A stretch of DNA of 64,000 nt from an uncultured Acidobacteriaceae bacterium (GTDB lineage Bacteria > Acidobacteriota > Terriglobia > Terriglobales > Acidobacteriaceae), in NCBI GenBank assembly GCA_963836565.1, contig CAWIKA010000005.1, positions 557,685 to 621,684 of the forward strand, written 5' to 3'. The translations under genes and the position numbers were made by a program. Shown here piece after piece: positions 1 to 9,580 of this stretch. The stretch's first letter is position 1. Every line of letters begins with the position of its first letter. The notes under the pieces were generated by a model. The model had not been told where the DNA came from and ran no database searches. It saw only the letters and a program-made list of their open reading frames with translations.

Positions 1-775
1 CGATTTTCTGGGGGCTGGCGACGTCAACGCTCATGGCGAGACGGACGCCCCAGGGTCGAAAGGCGGCGGCGATTCTTGCCAGGCCATGGAGCCAATCCGA
101 AGTTAAAAAGGGCGAAGCCCCATTCACGTTGTTGATGTTGCAGCCGTTGATGCCGACGGATGCGAGCAGGCGGGCGTACGCGGATACGGGAGCAAGGTCC
201 TTCCGGACTTCCCCTCCCTGGAAGAATATCGACGGACCTGCGTAGCCGCGCTCGACGGAGCCGTCGGGGTTGTCCCAGTCGTCGACCCAGCGGATGGGCA
301 TCGCAGGGTGTCCGCTCAGTTCGACCTCTTGGAGATCGGTACCCTGTGCCAGGTTGCGAAGCAAGGCAAAGGCGCCATAGAGCACACCACGCGGGCTGCC
401 GCCAACAATGTACATTTCTCGCGGAGCGCCGGGGACTCGATTCCAGTAGATTTTGAAGTCTTCGGGTCCAAGGGATGCCGGGACTGGAATCTGTTGATTC
501 TTGAGAGATTGCAGCTCCCTTACCGTGGCCAGCACAATTACATTTTGCCCAACCGCTGAATCGTAGATGCCAAAGAGGCCGGAAATGCCCTGCTTCAATT
601 CGGAACTGGCGGTCTGCTCGAGCAGGCTTGACCCGAGACTTCTGATTCGCACGGGCACACTGCGCGGTGTTCGCACCCACCGGTAACCAAGCCAAGCCAG
701 ATCGGATGCCTGAGCATGGGCAAGGTGCCCGCCCGCAAGCATGATTGCCACTAAAAAGGCGCTGCAAGCCTGCAT
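1..775 (-). CDS. aguA: Alpha-glucuronidase (GH67), N-terminal part; runs off the left window edge
   Basis: Manual translation of a frame missing from the ORF track (no stop inside the window). Signal peptide MQACSAFLVAIMLAGGHLAHA is followed by LAWLGY, RWVDDWDNPDGSVERGYAGPSIF, YARLLASVGINGCNINNVN and FRPWGVRLAMSV, matching GH67 motifs. Start position is uncertain. Confidence 0.85.
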   Translation of the reverse strand, partial: MQACSAFLVAIMLAGGHLAHAQASDLAWLGYRWVRTPRSVPVRIRSLGSSLLEQTASSELKQGISGLFGIYDSAVGQNVIVLATVRELQSLKNQQIPVPASLGPEDFKIYWNRVPGAPREMYIVGGSPRGVLYGAFALLRNLAQGTDLQEVELSGHPAMPIRWVDDWDNPDGSVERGYAGPSIFFQGGEVRKDLAPVSAYARLLASVGINGCNINNVNGASPFLTSDWLHGLARIAAAFRPWGVRLAMSVDVASPQKI

Positions 776-1108
776 AAACCCAACTCTCAAAGCGAAAACC
801 GGATGAACCCGCCAACGCAGAGCGGCTGAAAGGAGGCCCAATGCGAATCGAAAACTGCGGCACGAACAGGGCGCGTCTGCCTGAATTGATTTTCTGATCC
901 GAATCTTGCTCTGCTCCACTTTCAACCCCCTATGTTGCCTCTGGTCCCGGCTCTCGGCTGCACAACCTTCTATTATCTGGATGCGGCTGTAGACCGGGAA
1001 GTTCGCCTGGTCCGGACAGGATCGTTCAAGTTATGTCAAAGAGTATGCAGGAGGTTGTGAAGGCGCAGGTTGCGCCGCGCCGGACGCTGCGCCGATTCAA
1101 AAACGGTT

Positions 1109-1645
1109 CTAATAGCGCTTGGTGAGCGCGGGCGGAGGTGGTCCGACTTTGCCGGCGCGGAGCCAATCGACGGGACCGCGCACATCAGCCTCTTTGGCTT
1201 CGCCCGTGATGCGGGCGACGATCTCCCCTTGATCGTCGAGCACGGCTGTACCGGGGACGATGGTTCCAAGGCCAAAGCGGTCGAGCATGTCGGTGTCCCC
1301 GCCGACCCAGCTTTCCAGGGTAACGTGGAGTCTGCTGAGTGTTGCAGGGATCTTGACGTAATTTTTCGGCGCGTCGATGGAGATGAACACGAAGCGGACG
1401 GACTTGGATGCGTAGGAGGCGGCCATCTCCGATAGCCGCGGCAGCTCTTCCTGGCACGGCCCACACCACGTAGCCCAGAAGTTCACCACGACAATTTGCC
1501 CATGGAGCGCCGAAAGCTTACGCGACTGGCCGTCGAGCGTTTTGAAGGCCGGGTCCGGCGCGCGCTTTGCCGGCAGAGGCACGGCGGCGGCCAAAAGTGC
1601 GAAGGCGAGCGTGATTCTGCTGATTCGAGGGGAAGGTTCGAGCAT
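1109..1645 (-). CDS. TlpA-family thiol-disulfide oxidoreductase (exported thioredoxin)
   Basis: Signal peptide; VVVNFWATWCGPCQEELP motif; cis-Pro-type IVPGT. Confidence 0.9.
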   Translation of the reverse strand: MLEPSPRISRITLAFALLAAAVPLPAKRAPDPAFKTLDGQSRKLSALHGQIVVVNFWATWCGPCQEELPRLSEMAASYASKSVRFVFISIDAPKNYVKIPATLSRLHVTLESWVGGDTDMLDRFGLGTIVPGTAVLDDQGEIVARITGEAKEADVRGPVDWLRAGKVGPPPPALTKRY

Positions 1646-1851
1646 TACCTTCCGACTCTACCCACCCGCGTGGAGCTTGGCCCCAATCGAAAGGTTGATG
1701 TCTACCTCATCCGCATGAGGGTCGATTTTCGCGTGCGCGGGCTGGTAGGTTCTGACACATTGCTCAACGCAGGCGTCTTCCCCGCCGTGCTGCACGACCC
1801 GCACCGGGATTTCGAGGTCAGATCACAACCGAACCACCGGAGAACAAGAAG

Positions 1852-2946
1852 ATGAAAAGCTTCCCTTCACCACGAGCGGCCATCTGCGCCGCGCTTGTCA
1901 CCGCAATCGTGTGGATGCATCCCACCGCTCACGCACAAGGCTGCGTGGCCGCCCACTCACCACAGCCTGTCATCTCAGGGCTCGACCCCACCTCAGAAGC
2001 CAGCGCGCATCAATATGCGAATACCAACCTGCTTCACGGGCTCACGATCACGACCGGCTATCGCGTTTACAACTCGTTCCGGCACTACATCGGCACGGTT
2101 TACCAGGTTCAGAGGCAGCTTCAACACACGGCGGTTGTTAACCATGTGGACCTGTTCGAACTTGATGTGAACTACCAGCTGACTCCGCGACTGAGCCTGG
2201 TTGCCACGGTGCCGGGGATGGAAGCGACGCGTCACGGACAGAGCAGTCCCCTGAATGTTTTTCGCTCGGGCGGCATTGGCGACGTGACGGTGGGTGTGCA
2301 GTCCTGGATTTTTCGGCCGCCGACAGAGAGCCACGGGAACGTGAACATCTCTGCCCAGTTGAAACTGCCCACGGGGATTAATGACGCCAAGGGGTACAAG
2401 ATCAACCCAGACGGGACCGAAACGCTTGAGCCCTTCGACGAATCGATTCAGCCGGGAGACGGCACCTGGGGTTTTAGCCTGGCCACAGAAGCCTACCACC
2501 CGGTAATTTGGAGGACGTCGGCATACTTTACCGGCTCATGGCTCTTCAGTCCGCAAGATACGACCGGAGTGGCAACTTTTCGACTCGCCCCCGGCGAGGG
2601 CGTGGTTTCTGCCACGGACCAGTATTTATGGCGCGGCGGATTTTCGCGGCCTGTGACGGGCGCGCGCCTGCTGCGCGGGCTCGCTTTGAGTGTCGGCGGC
2701 CGCATGGAAGGCGTGCCGGTGCGGGACGCATTCGGCAAGAGCGATGGCTTCCGGCGCCCCGGCTATGTCATCTCAATCGAGCCGGGCATGATGTACGAGC
2801 GCGGCCGGTACACGTTCTATGGCAGCGGACCTTGGGCCATGGAACGCAACCGCAAGATCAGCGTGACAGACCTGGAGAACGGCACGCACGGGGATGCGGC
2901 TTTTGCCGACTACACGGTAATTACAGGCTTGTCCCGGTCCTTCTAG
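1852..2946 (+). CDS. Exported outer-membrane beta-barrel/transporter-like protein (MetA-pathway/SphA-like)
   Basis: Signal peptide ending AHA-QGCVAAH; SGGIGDVTVG and LKLPTG motifs; QPGDGTWG; C-terminal ITGLSRSF ending in Phe. Confidence 0.6.
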   Translation: MKSFPSPRAAICAALVTAIVWMHPTAHAQGCVAAHSPQPVISGLDPTSEASAHQYANTNLLHGLTITTGYRVYNSFRHYIGTVYQVQRQLQHTAVVNHVDLFELDVNYQLTPRLSLVATVPGMEATRHGQSSPLNVFRSGGIGDVTVGVQSWIFRPPTESHGNVNISAQLKLPTGINDAKGYKINPDGTETLEPFDESIQPGDGTWGFSLATEAYHPVIWRTSAYFTGSWLFSPQDTTGVATFRLAPGEGVVSATDQYLWRGGFSRPVTGARLLRGLALSVGGRMEGVPVRDAFGKSDGFRRPGYVISIEPGMMYERGRYTFYGSGPWAMERNRKISVTDLENGTHGDAAFADYTVITGLSRSF

Positions 2947-3019
2947 ACGGGGAATTCCAACTGCCTTAGGCGTCTTTGTGTTGGCGGTGCTATGTCGGCG
3001 CATCGACGCCCTGGCCGTT

Positions 3020-4999
3020 TCAGCCTTCCCAATCGACGACGACGCGGCGCAGGCCGCGCACGGCGTTTGTGAGGTAAACGGCATCGGCAGATTTGAGGTC
3101 CTGGGGGTAGAGAATCCGCTGTTCTATACCGGGCACGGTCTCGAGCAAGTGTCGGCGGTAGACGCCGGCAAGCAGTCCGCACTCGACCGGCGGCGTGAGC
3201 CAGCGACCCTGCTTTTGAATAAATACATTGCTGATAGCGCCTTCGGTGACCTGCCCACATTGGTTGAGGAAGAGCACATCAATGAAACCTGCATCGCATG
3301 CCGCTTTGAAGGCGCTGGCGTAAAGCTCTCGGGGGGTCGTTTTGTGGAAGAGCTTGCGGTCAGTGGAGTCGGTGCGCTGCGGCGCAATACAAACGAGGCC
3401 GGGCAGTGCGTTCGCTGCGGTTTCAGCCGGCAAGATTTCATGCTCGATGTGCAGGCTGCCATCGGAATGATTGAGTAACCTGACCTTGCGAGCGGCCAGG
3501 TCATGGAACGCTACAGCCGACGCAATCAGCGCTGATTTGACGATGGCGCGATCGCAATCGAATCCGAAGTAATTTGCGGAGTCTTCAAGCCGGTCGAGAT
3601 GCAACTCGATGAGCGGAAAGCCGCCCTGCCATAGCAACGTTTCGACCAGGGAGAAGGATTCATCGCGCCCGGTGAGGAATTCCGCTTTCACCTGGCACTC
3701 GCGGAACTCCTCGGCGGCATTGGAGTCGATGACGATGCCGCTGCCCACGCCCATCTTCAGGTCCTTCGCGCCGAGTTCCCCACTCTCGCTTTGCAATTCC
3801 AGCGTCCGGATGGCCACGTTGAATACGGTGCGAGCACGCGAGAAGAAACCGATTGCCCCGGTGTAAATGCCTCGGGGCTCGGCTTCGATTTCGGCGAGCA
3901 ATTGCATGGCGCGCACCTTGGGCGCGCCGGTAATGGAACCACAGGGAAAGAGCGCCCGGAAGATTTCTTCGTAGCCAACCCCAGGACGCAGCTCACCGGT
4001 TACGGTTGAGGTCATTTGCCACAGCGACGGGTAGCGCTGCACCACGAAGAGGTTTTCAACATGGACACTGCCATAGGCGCACAACCGGCCCAGGTCGTTG
4101 CGAAGCAGATCGACGATCATGACGTTCTCGCTGCGGTTCTTCGCATCGTTTCGTAGCCACTCGGCAATCGTACGATCTTCAACAGTGGTGCGGCCACGAG
4201 GGGCGGTTCCCTTCATGGGCCGGGTGGTCATGCAACGGGTCGCGTGGTGTTGTTCGAGATCGAAGAACAGCTCCGGCGAGAAACTGAGAATGTGATAGCC
4301 GGACTGCCAATGGAGATAAGCGCCGTACTCCACCGGCTGGCGGGTGCGCAAGCGGTTGTAAAGCGCTGCAGGGCTGCCGGCCATGCGGTTACGGAGGGGG
4401 AAAGTGAAATTGAGCTGATAGACATCGCCGGCACGAATCCATTCGCGGATCGCTTCGATGCGTGCAACATATTCAAGCCCAGTCAGGCCGAAGTTGAGGA
4501 AGGGATGGTCGGGTTCCGAGGTGTCGTTTGATGTTTCGCCTGCATCTGCCGGGCAGGGGTAGGCCCGGCCAAGTTCCGGCGGATCGCCGTCAACGAAAAC
4601 TCCCGCTGCGTGATTGAAGAGATGGCACTGTGCGTAGATGCCGAACCAGGCCAGCGGCTGGCCGGGAATACGTGACTCCTGCTCCTGCGACGGGGCTCTG
4701 CCACCTGGTCTACCCAATTGACAGGTCTGAATTTTCGCTTTGGGCTCGAAGGCCTGGCCGCATTCGTATGTGAAGAAACCCGCAGCGAAAAGGCCTTCTG
4801 CGGTTGCGCTCTCAATTTGTGCGAAGAGGTCTGACAGATCTCCGGCTACACTGGCGACCAGCACGCGCAGCGGAGAAACGAAGAGCCGGCTGACGGGCTC
4901 AGCTGCCCTGGTGTTTGAGCACTCAAGGAGCACAGTCGCCGGCGTGTGCTCGACCAGCGCGCAGACCTCCGCAGGAAGGGGATGCCACGGCATTTTCAC
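3020..4999 (-). CDS. pabB: Aminodeoxychorismate synthase component I fused to class IV aminotransferase (ADC lyase, PabC-like)
   Basis: GDVYQLNFT, SFSPELF, RPMKGTAPRG, KNRSENVMIVDLLRNDLGR, FPCGSITGAPK; C-terminal LHLDRL, HKTT and EGAISNVF. Confidence 0.9.
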   Translation of the reverse strand: MKMPWHPLPAEVCALVEHTPATVLLECSNTRAAEPVSRLFVSPLRVLVASVAGDLSDLFAQIESATAEGLFAAGFFTYECGQAFEPKAKIQTCQLGRPGGRAPSQEQESRIPGQPLAWFGIYAQCHLFNHAAGVFVDGDPPELGRAYPCPADAGETSNDTSEPDHPFLNFGLTGLEYVARIEAIREWIRAGDVYQLNFTFPLRNRMAGSPAALYNRLRTRQPVEYGAYLHWQSGYHILSFSPELFFDLEQHHATRCMTTRPMKGTAPRGRTTVEDRTIAEWLRNDAKNRSENVMIVDLLRNDLGRLCAYGSVHVENLFVVQRYPSLWQMTSTVTGELRPGVGYEEIFRALFPCGSITGAPKVRAMQLLAEIEAEPRGIYTGAIGFFSRARTVFNVAIRTLELQSESGELGAKDLKMGVGSGIVIDSNAAEEFRECQVKAEFLTGRDESFSLVETLLWQGGFPLIELHLDRLEDSANYFGFDCDRAIVKSALIASAVAFHDLAARKVRLLNHSDGSLHIEHEILPAETAANALPGLVCIAPQRTDSTDRKLFHKTTPRELYASAFKAACDAGFIDVLFLNQCGQVTEGAISNVFIQKQGRWLTPPVECGLLAGVYRRHLLETVPGIEQRILYPQDLKSADAVYLTNAVRGLRRVVVDWEG

Positions 5000-5025
5000 G
5001 TCACACGTCCCTGACGAGGAGGCGC

Positions 5026-6009
5026 CTACTTGACCGTGAGCACGAAGGTGGTGGAGTGGGTAGTGGCGACGATGCCGTTGCTGGACTGCGCATTGATACT
5101 TACCGTGTACGTGCCGGTGGGGGTGGGCAGATTCTGAGGCGGGCCGTGATTCTTGTAGTAATAGAGGGGGTTGCAGGCCGTGGTGCCGAGCACGGAAACC
5201 AGACCTACCAAGGCCAGCAGCGAGAACCGGCTGAGCCAGCGACGGCGGCGGGTGCCGAAGGCCAATCCGGCGAGGCCGAGAACACCGGGCAACAGCACTG
5301 CCCAGGCAACGGGGCTGGAGCTTCGCGTAACCGGCGTCGTGGAGTGCGCCGAGGACCCCGCGGCAGTGGTGAGCACCATGGAGCTGGTGACGGCCGCGGT
5401 CGCGTTGGGTAGGATTTCGAGATTTTCCGGAGTAAAGGTGCAGGAAGACTGGTCGGGCAGGCCGGCGCAGGAGAGCGTAACAAACATCGGAGCCGTGAGC
5501 GACGCGGCGTTGATCGGAGTAATCGAAGCGATTACGGCGCCTGATTGGCCCGCGGCGAGCGAGAGCGTGGCCGGGGCAACGGCGATCCCGAAATCGGGCG
5601 TGCTGCTGGAGACGGCCCGCACCGTGGAGAGCTGCGAAACGGAGCCCTGATGCGCGAAATCTCCGGAGTAAACGGCGGTGAGGCGATGTTCTCCGGGGAG
5701 CAGTGAAACGACAACGGTGGCTTCACCCTGGGCATTGAGCGCCACACCAGCCAGCGGCTTGCCCGCATCCTGAATGACGACAGCGCCGGTGGCAGGTTGG
5801 GCTTCCTGACCGGTCACGGCGACCGAAAGGGTGGCGTATGTGCGGCCGCCTTGATCATGGTATTCCGCGGTCACCGTGGTTTCTGTGGCCAGGGCCCGCG
5901 AGTTCGACCCGGTCTCTGCGGTGGGCAATGCCAGCGCGGGCAATGCCAGAGCGATGCCGATTGTTGTAACCAACTCAAGCCGCAGAAAGCGGCCGATCAG
6001 ACTTCTCAC
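5026..6009 (-). CDS. Ig-like (Big_3-type) domain surface protein with C-terminal membrane anchor
   Basis: Signal peptide; LTAVYSGD Ig-repeat motif; PDFGIAVAP and TLSCAGLP; C-terminal TM-RRRR-TM. GTG start at 6009 chosen by SD. Confidence 0.75.
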   Translation of the reverse strand: MRSLIGRFLRLELVTTIGIALALPALALPTAETGSNSRALATETTVTAEYHDQGGRTYATLSVAVTGQEAQPATGAVVIQDAGKPLAGVALNAQGEATVVVSLLPGEHRLTAVYSGDFAHQGSVSQLSTVRAVSSSTPDFGIAVAPATLSLAAGQSGAVIASITPINAASLTAPMFVTLSCAGLPDQSSCTFTPENLEILPNATAAVTSSMVLTTAAGSSAHSTTPVTRSSSPVAWAVLLPGVLGLAGLAFGTRRRRWLSRFSLLALVGLVSVLGTTACNPLYYYKNHGPPQNLPTPTGTYTVSINAQSSNGIVATTHSTTFVLTVK

Positions 6010-6274
6010 GTGCGCCTGCTCCAAATCTCAAGAAAAAGTCGTTTATCGCCCGAATATGGCAGCGTGCATCCATTGTATCCGGCGGGAGCACAGACGAGCC
6101 AATCCCTGGCCCGCCGGTACGACCGGAGGGCCAGGGATTGCACGCCGTTCACTCCGATGAGGATTGGACGCAACGGGGTGCGAAAGGCTGTTTTGGGCCG
6201 GCCCCCGGCAGGACTAATCTTCGCGAAGGAGTTGCGCGGGGTTGGATACGCCGCGGATTGCCGGCCAAGGCCCC

Positions 6275-8911
6275 TTATTCTTCGCGCATAAGCTTTGAAG
6301 GATCGACGTGGAGCGCACGCTGCGCCGGCGCCCATGTCGCCACCAGGCCGAGTAGCAGCATGGCGAGGACTGTTCCGGCGAGCACGATCGGATCCCTCGG
6401 CGTAGCCTGGTACACGATGAACGAAAGCACGCGGGTGGCCGCCATGCCAAGAACCAGGCCGGCTACGGAACCCACCGCAAGCAGGCGGAATGCGCTCCCG
6501 AGCGCGGCGTGCAGCACCTGGCCGTGACTCGCACCCAATGCGATGCGGATTCCCATCTCTTTGAGGCGCTTGCCTACCGAATAGCTTGCCATGCCAAAGA
6601 TTCCCGTGACGGCCAGCATTGCACCCAGAATGCCCAGCGCGCCCAGCGATAGGGTGGCCATGCGCGCGGCGAATAAAGCGCTGTCCATCTGCTGCTGCCA
6701 GGTAACCACCGTGAACGGAAGCCCGCGATCAAGCTGATGCAAGGTGTCGTGGAGCGCAGTCGCCACTTGTTGAGGATCGCGCGTGGTGCGTACCACCTGC
6801 CACGTGGAAGTGGAAGGAGACTGCAGGAGCGGCTGAAAGAATACCGGCTCCGCATCTTCAGTCAGGGTCTTATACTTGCCATCTTCCACCACGCCGACCA
6901 CCTCGAGGCGCGCTTTTGTGGCGAGGGTGAAATGCCCGCCAATGGCTTGGGACACGGAGCCAAACACTTTGCGCGCAAATTTGCGGTTCACGACGGTCAC
7001 CTGCGGCGCTTTCATGTCGTCCTGCCACGTGAAAGGCCGGCCGGCCAGGAGCGCTGTTCCGGCAGCCTTAAAGTAGTCAGGAGAGATTTCGTAGGTGGTG
7101 GCTTCGGCAAGGGAATGCGACTGCCTGAAATCGGTGGAACCACTAGGAAAGACAAAGGTGGTGTTCCAGCCGAGGCCCAGCGGGATGTTATCGATAAGGC
7201 CAGTGGAGGCGACACCGGGAAGGGCCGTGACAGCGTCGAGCATGCGCCTCTGCATGGCGGGAACCTGGTCGGCCCGGTACCCGGCCATGTTGAGGTCGGT
7301 GTTGACCAGTACCGCATTTTGCGGAAGGAAGCCGAAATTGCTGTGCAGTGACCGCGCCAACCCGCGCACTGCCACCAGTGAGGACGTCATGAGAACGGCG
7401 CAGGCCGCGACCTGAATCACCAACAGCACATCGCGCGCGGAGAACCAGCGGCCTTCTGGCGTTGCCTTCACGCCGGTTTTGACCACGTGCCACGGAGATG
7501 TAGCGAAGATCTGCTTAACCGGCGCCAATCCGCAAAGAAGCCCGCTGGCCAGGGCCAGCAACAATGCAACGGCATAGGTGCGCAGGTCAGGGTTGACCGG
7601 CACATTGATGGGAATGTGCGGAAGCGGCTGCCAGACGCTAAGGGCGCGCAAAAGGGCCACGCCGCCTGCGATGCCCGCCACTCCACCGGCGAGCGAAACC
7701 AGAACGGCCTCGGTGAGAAGCTGGCGCAAAATGCGGCCGCGCGTGGAACCCAGCGCAACACGCAAGGCAATTTCGCGCGAGCGGTCCGTGGCGCGGGCGG
7801 CGAACAGGCTGCCCAGGTTGGCACAGGCTGCAAGCAGAATGAGCCCCGCCAGCAGCATCAACCCGGCCACGAACGCACGCACCGCCGGTCCGAGCATATT
7901 GCCGACCAGGCCTGGACGCGTAAGCATGAAACTCAACCCGTCGTCATCCTTGGGATAGGATTTCCTGAGATAGGTGGCAACCGCATCCAGGTCTGTCGCA
8001 GCAAGGGCCGGAGAAACGCCCGGCTTCATTCGCCCGATGACCCAGAGATTCCCCGCGCGGCGTTCCTCGAGATTGTTTGTTCCTTCGATCTGCGCCTGAT
8101 CGACGAGCGGCGTCCAGAACGCAGGGGAAAAGAACAGTTCCGTGCCGCGAAATTGCGGTTGCGCCACGCCAAGAATAGTGAAGGTATGCCGATTTATCTC
8201 AACTGCATGGCCAATGACTCCAGCGTCGGAGTGGAACTGGCTCCGCCAATATGCATAGCTCAAAACGATGTAGGGGACGCTATCGGGTCCGTGTTCGTCG
8301 GAGCTGTGGAAGAACCTGCCGAGGTAGGGACTTGCTCCCAGTACATCGAAGTAATTCCCGCTGGCTTCGAAGATCCAGACGGTCTCCGGGTTGCCGCCGG
8401 TATCCAGCCCCACGGTGGCGAAGTTGTAGGCAGCCACGCCATCGAAGATCCGGTTGCGATCGCGCAGATCGCGGTAATCGGGATAAGAATTCAGTGACTG
8501 GCCGTCCGCGATCACGTTGTAAAGTTTTTGCGCATCGGGCAGATTGAGCGGACGCAGGACGAGCGCATTGAGAACACTGAAGACGACGGCATTGGCGCCA
8601 ATAGCTACGGCCAAAGTGACGATGGCAGTGAGCGCAAAACCGGGCGAGCGGCGCAACTGGCGCACGGCATAGCGGATATCGCGGGCGAGGCCATCGAGGC
8701 TCAGGGTTGCGTCCGCGGCGGTAACACGTTCTTTGGTTGCAGCGGGATTGCCGAAACGGAGAAGCGCGTCTCGGCGGGCATCTGCGGACGACATGCCGCG
8801 CGCCAGATTATCGTCAATGCGCAGGCCGATGTGAGACTGCAACTCGGCGTCGATCTCGCGGTCTACGCGGGAGCGGCGAAAGAGGTTGGCGATGCGGCGC
8901 ATAACGGCCAT
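6275..8911 (-). CDS. ADOP-type MacB/FtsX-like ABC permease (no ATPase domain)
   Basis: N-terminal prefix EIDAELQSHI...ARRDALLRFG; RSPGFALTAIVTLAVAIGAN; LACANLGSL; EIALRVALGS; EMGIRIALGA; PAQRALHVDP. Confidence 0.92.
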   Translation of the reverse strand: MAVMRRIANLFRRSRVDREIDAELQSHIGLRIDDNLARGMSSADARRDALLRFGNPAATKERVTAADATLSLDGLARDIRYAVRQLRRSPGFALTAIVTLAVAIGANAVVFSVLNALVLRPLNLPDAQKLYNVIADGQSLNSYPDYRDLRDRNRIFDGVAAYNFATVGLDTGGNPETVWIFEASGNYFDVLGASPYLGRFFHSSDEHGPDSVPYIVLSYAYWRSQFHSDAGVIGHAVEINRHTFTILGVAQPQFRGTELFFSPAFWTPLVDQAQIEGTNNLEERRAGNLWVIGRMKPGVSPALAATDLDAVATYLRKSYPKDDDGLSFMLTRPGLVGNMLGPAVRAFVAGLMLLAGLILLAACANLGSLFAARATDRSREIALRVALGSTRGRILRQLLTEAVLVSLAGGVAGIAGGVALLRALSVWQPLPHIPINVPVNPDLRTYAVALLLALASGLLCGLAPVKQIFATSPWHVVKTGVKATPEGRWFSARDVLLVIQVAACAVLMTSSLVAVRGLARSLHSNFGFLPQNAVLVNTDLNMAGYRADQVPAMQRRMLDAVTALPGVASTGLIDNIPLGLGWNTTFVFPSGSTDFRQSHSLAEATTYEISPDYFKAAGTALLAGRPFTWQDDMKAPQVTVVNRKFARKVFGSVSQAIGGHFTLATKARLEVVGVVEDGKYKTLTEDAEPVFFQPLLQSPSTSTWQVVRTTRDPQQVATALHDTLHQLDRGLPFTVVTWQQQMDSALFAARMATLSLGALGILGAMLAVTGIFGMASYSVGKRLKEMGIRIALGASHGQVLHAALGSAFRLLAVGSVAGLVLGMAATRVLSFIVYQATPRDPIVLAGTVLAMLLLGLVATWAPAQRALHVDPSKLMREE

Positions 8912-8944
8912 GGCAATTCCCTCCCTCGGGCGTAACCCAGGACT

Positions 8945-9271
8945 CTAAGCAAAGCGCAAAACGGCGCGGACACCCTTGACGAGTTGGTCGAAGCTTTCCT
9001 GGGCGATATCGAGCTGGCGGCGACCCTGGGCGGTGAGCTTGTAATACTTGGCGCGGCGGTTGGTCTCGGTCATCGCCCATTCCGAGGCGATCCACCCGCT
9101 CTGCTCCATGCGATGGAGGGCCGGGTAAAGCGAGCCCTCTTCAACGCGCAGCATCTCGCCTGAAGCGTTCTGGATGTGGAGCACAATGCCGTATCCGTGC
9201 AATGCGCCGTTGTGGGCGAGGGTCTTGAGGACCAGCAGATCGAGGGTACCCTGGAGATCGTTCTTGGCCAT
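8945..9271 (-). CDS. PadR-family transcriptional regulator (acidobacterial type)
   Basis: LQGTLDLLVLKTL, HGYGI, EEGSLYPALHRME, NRRAKYYKLT; directly upstream of the permease. Confidence 0.95.
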   Translation of the reverse strand: MAKNDLQGTLDLLVLKTLAHNGALHGYGIVLHIQNASGEMLRVEEGSLYPALHRMEQSGWIASEWAMTETNRRAKYYKLTAQGRRQLDIAQESFDQLVKGVRAVLRFA

Positions 9272-9303
9272 GTTTTCTACCCCTAGCTAACTTTGTATAA
9301 AGA

Positions 9304-9333
9304 AGTCTAGGCATAGAGGGCTAGGGAAGTCAA
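9304..9333 (-). promoter_or_regulatory. Putative sigma70 promoter of padR-permease operon
   Basis: Minus strand TTGACT-N18-TAGACT, overlapping three CCTAG/CTAGG half-sites. Confidence 0.55.
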
Positions 9334-9346
9334 GAAGGCGGGGACT

Positions 9347-9422
9347 GGAGACCAGGGACCAGGGAACAGGAACAGGGACGAGGGACGAGGGAACAGGGAC
9401 GAGGGAATAGGGACGAGGGAAC
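9347..9422 (+). repeat. Tandem heptamer array AGGGA(C/A)(C/G/T), about 10 units
   Basis: agggacc agggaac aggaac agggacg agggacg agggaac agggacg agggaat agggacg agggaac read directly from 9354-9422. Confidence 0.95.
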
Positions 9423-9521
9423 CAACTTTGTGTCTTGGCGCCTGTCTTTGGTTAAGCTGATCCGCCGCAAGGATCGATTGGCGGAATTGACTGAAACATT
9501 CGCATTTGCTTTGCATTTACT

Positions 9522-9550
9522 CTTCCCTGCTCCCTGTTCCCTCGTCCCTG
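9522..9550 (-). repeat. Inverted copy of the heptamer array (4 units)
   Basis: Reverse complement reads agggacg agggaac agggagc agggaag. Confidence 0.85.
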
Positions 9551-9580
9551 CTTTATTCTTTTGGGTTGAGGAGAATTGCG

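Noticed and set aside
24-863. 279-aa minus-strand ORF in the track
   Set aside because: Wrong frame; the GH67 motifs are in another minus frame that runs off the window.
1646-1851. Riboswitch in the TlpA/barrel intergenic region
   Set aside because: No TPP, cobalamin or other recognisable consensus seen.
9347-9422. CRISPR array
   Set aside because: 7-bp units with no spacers and no cas genes.
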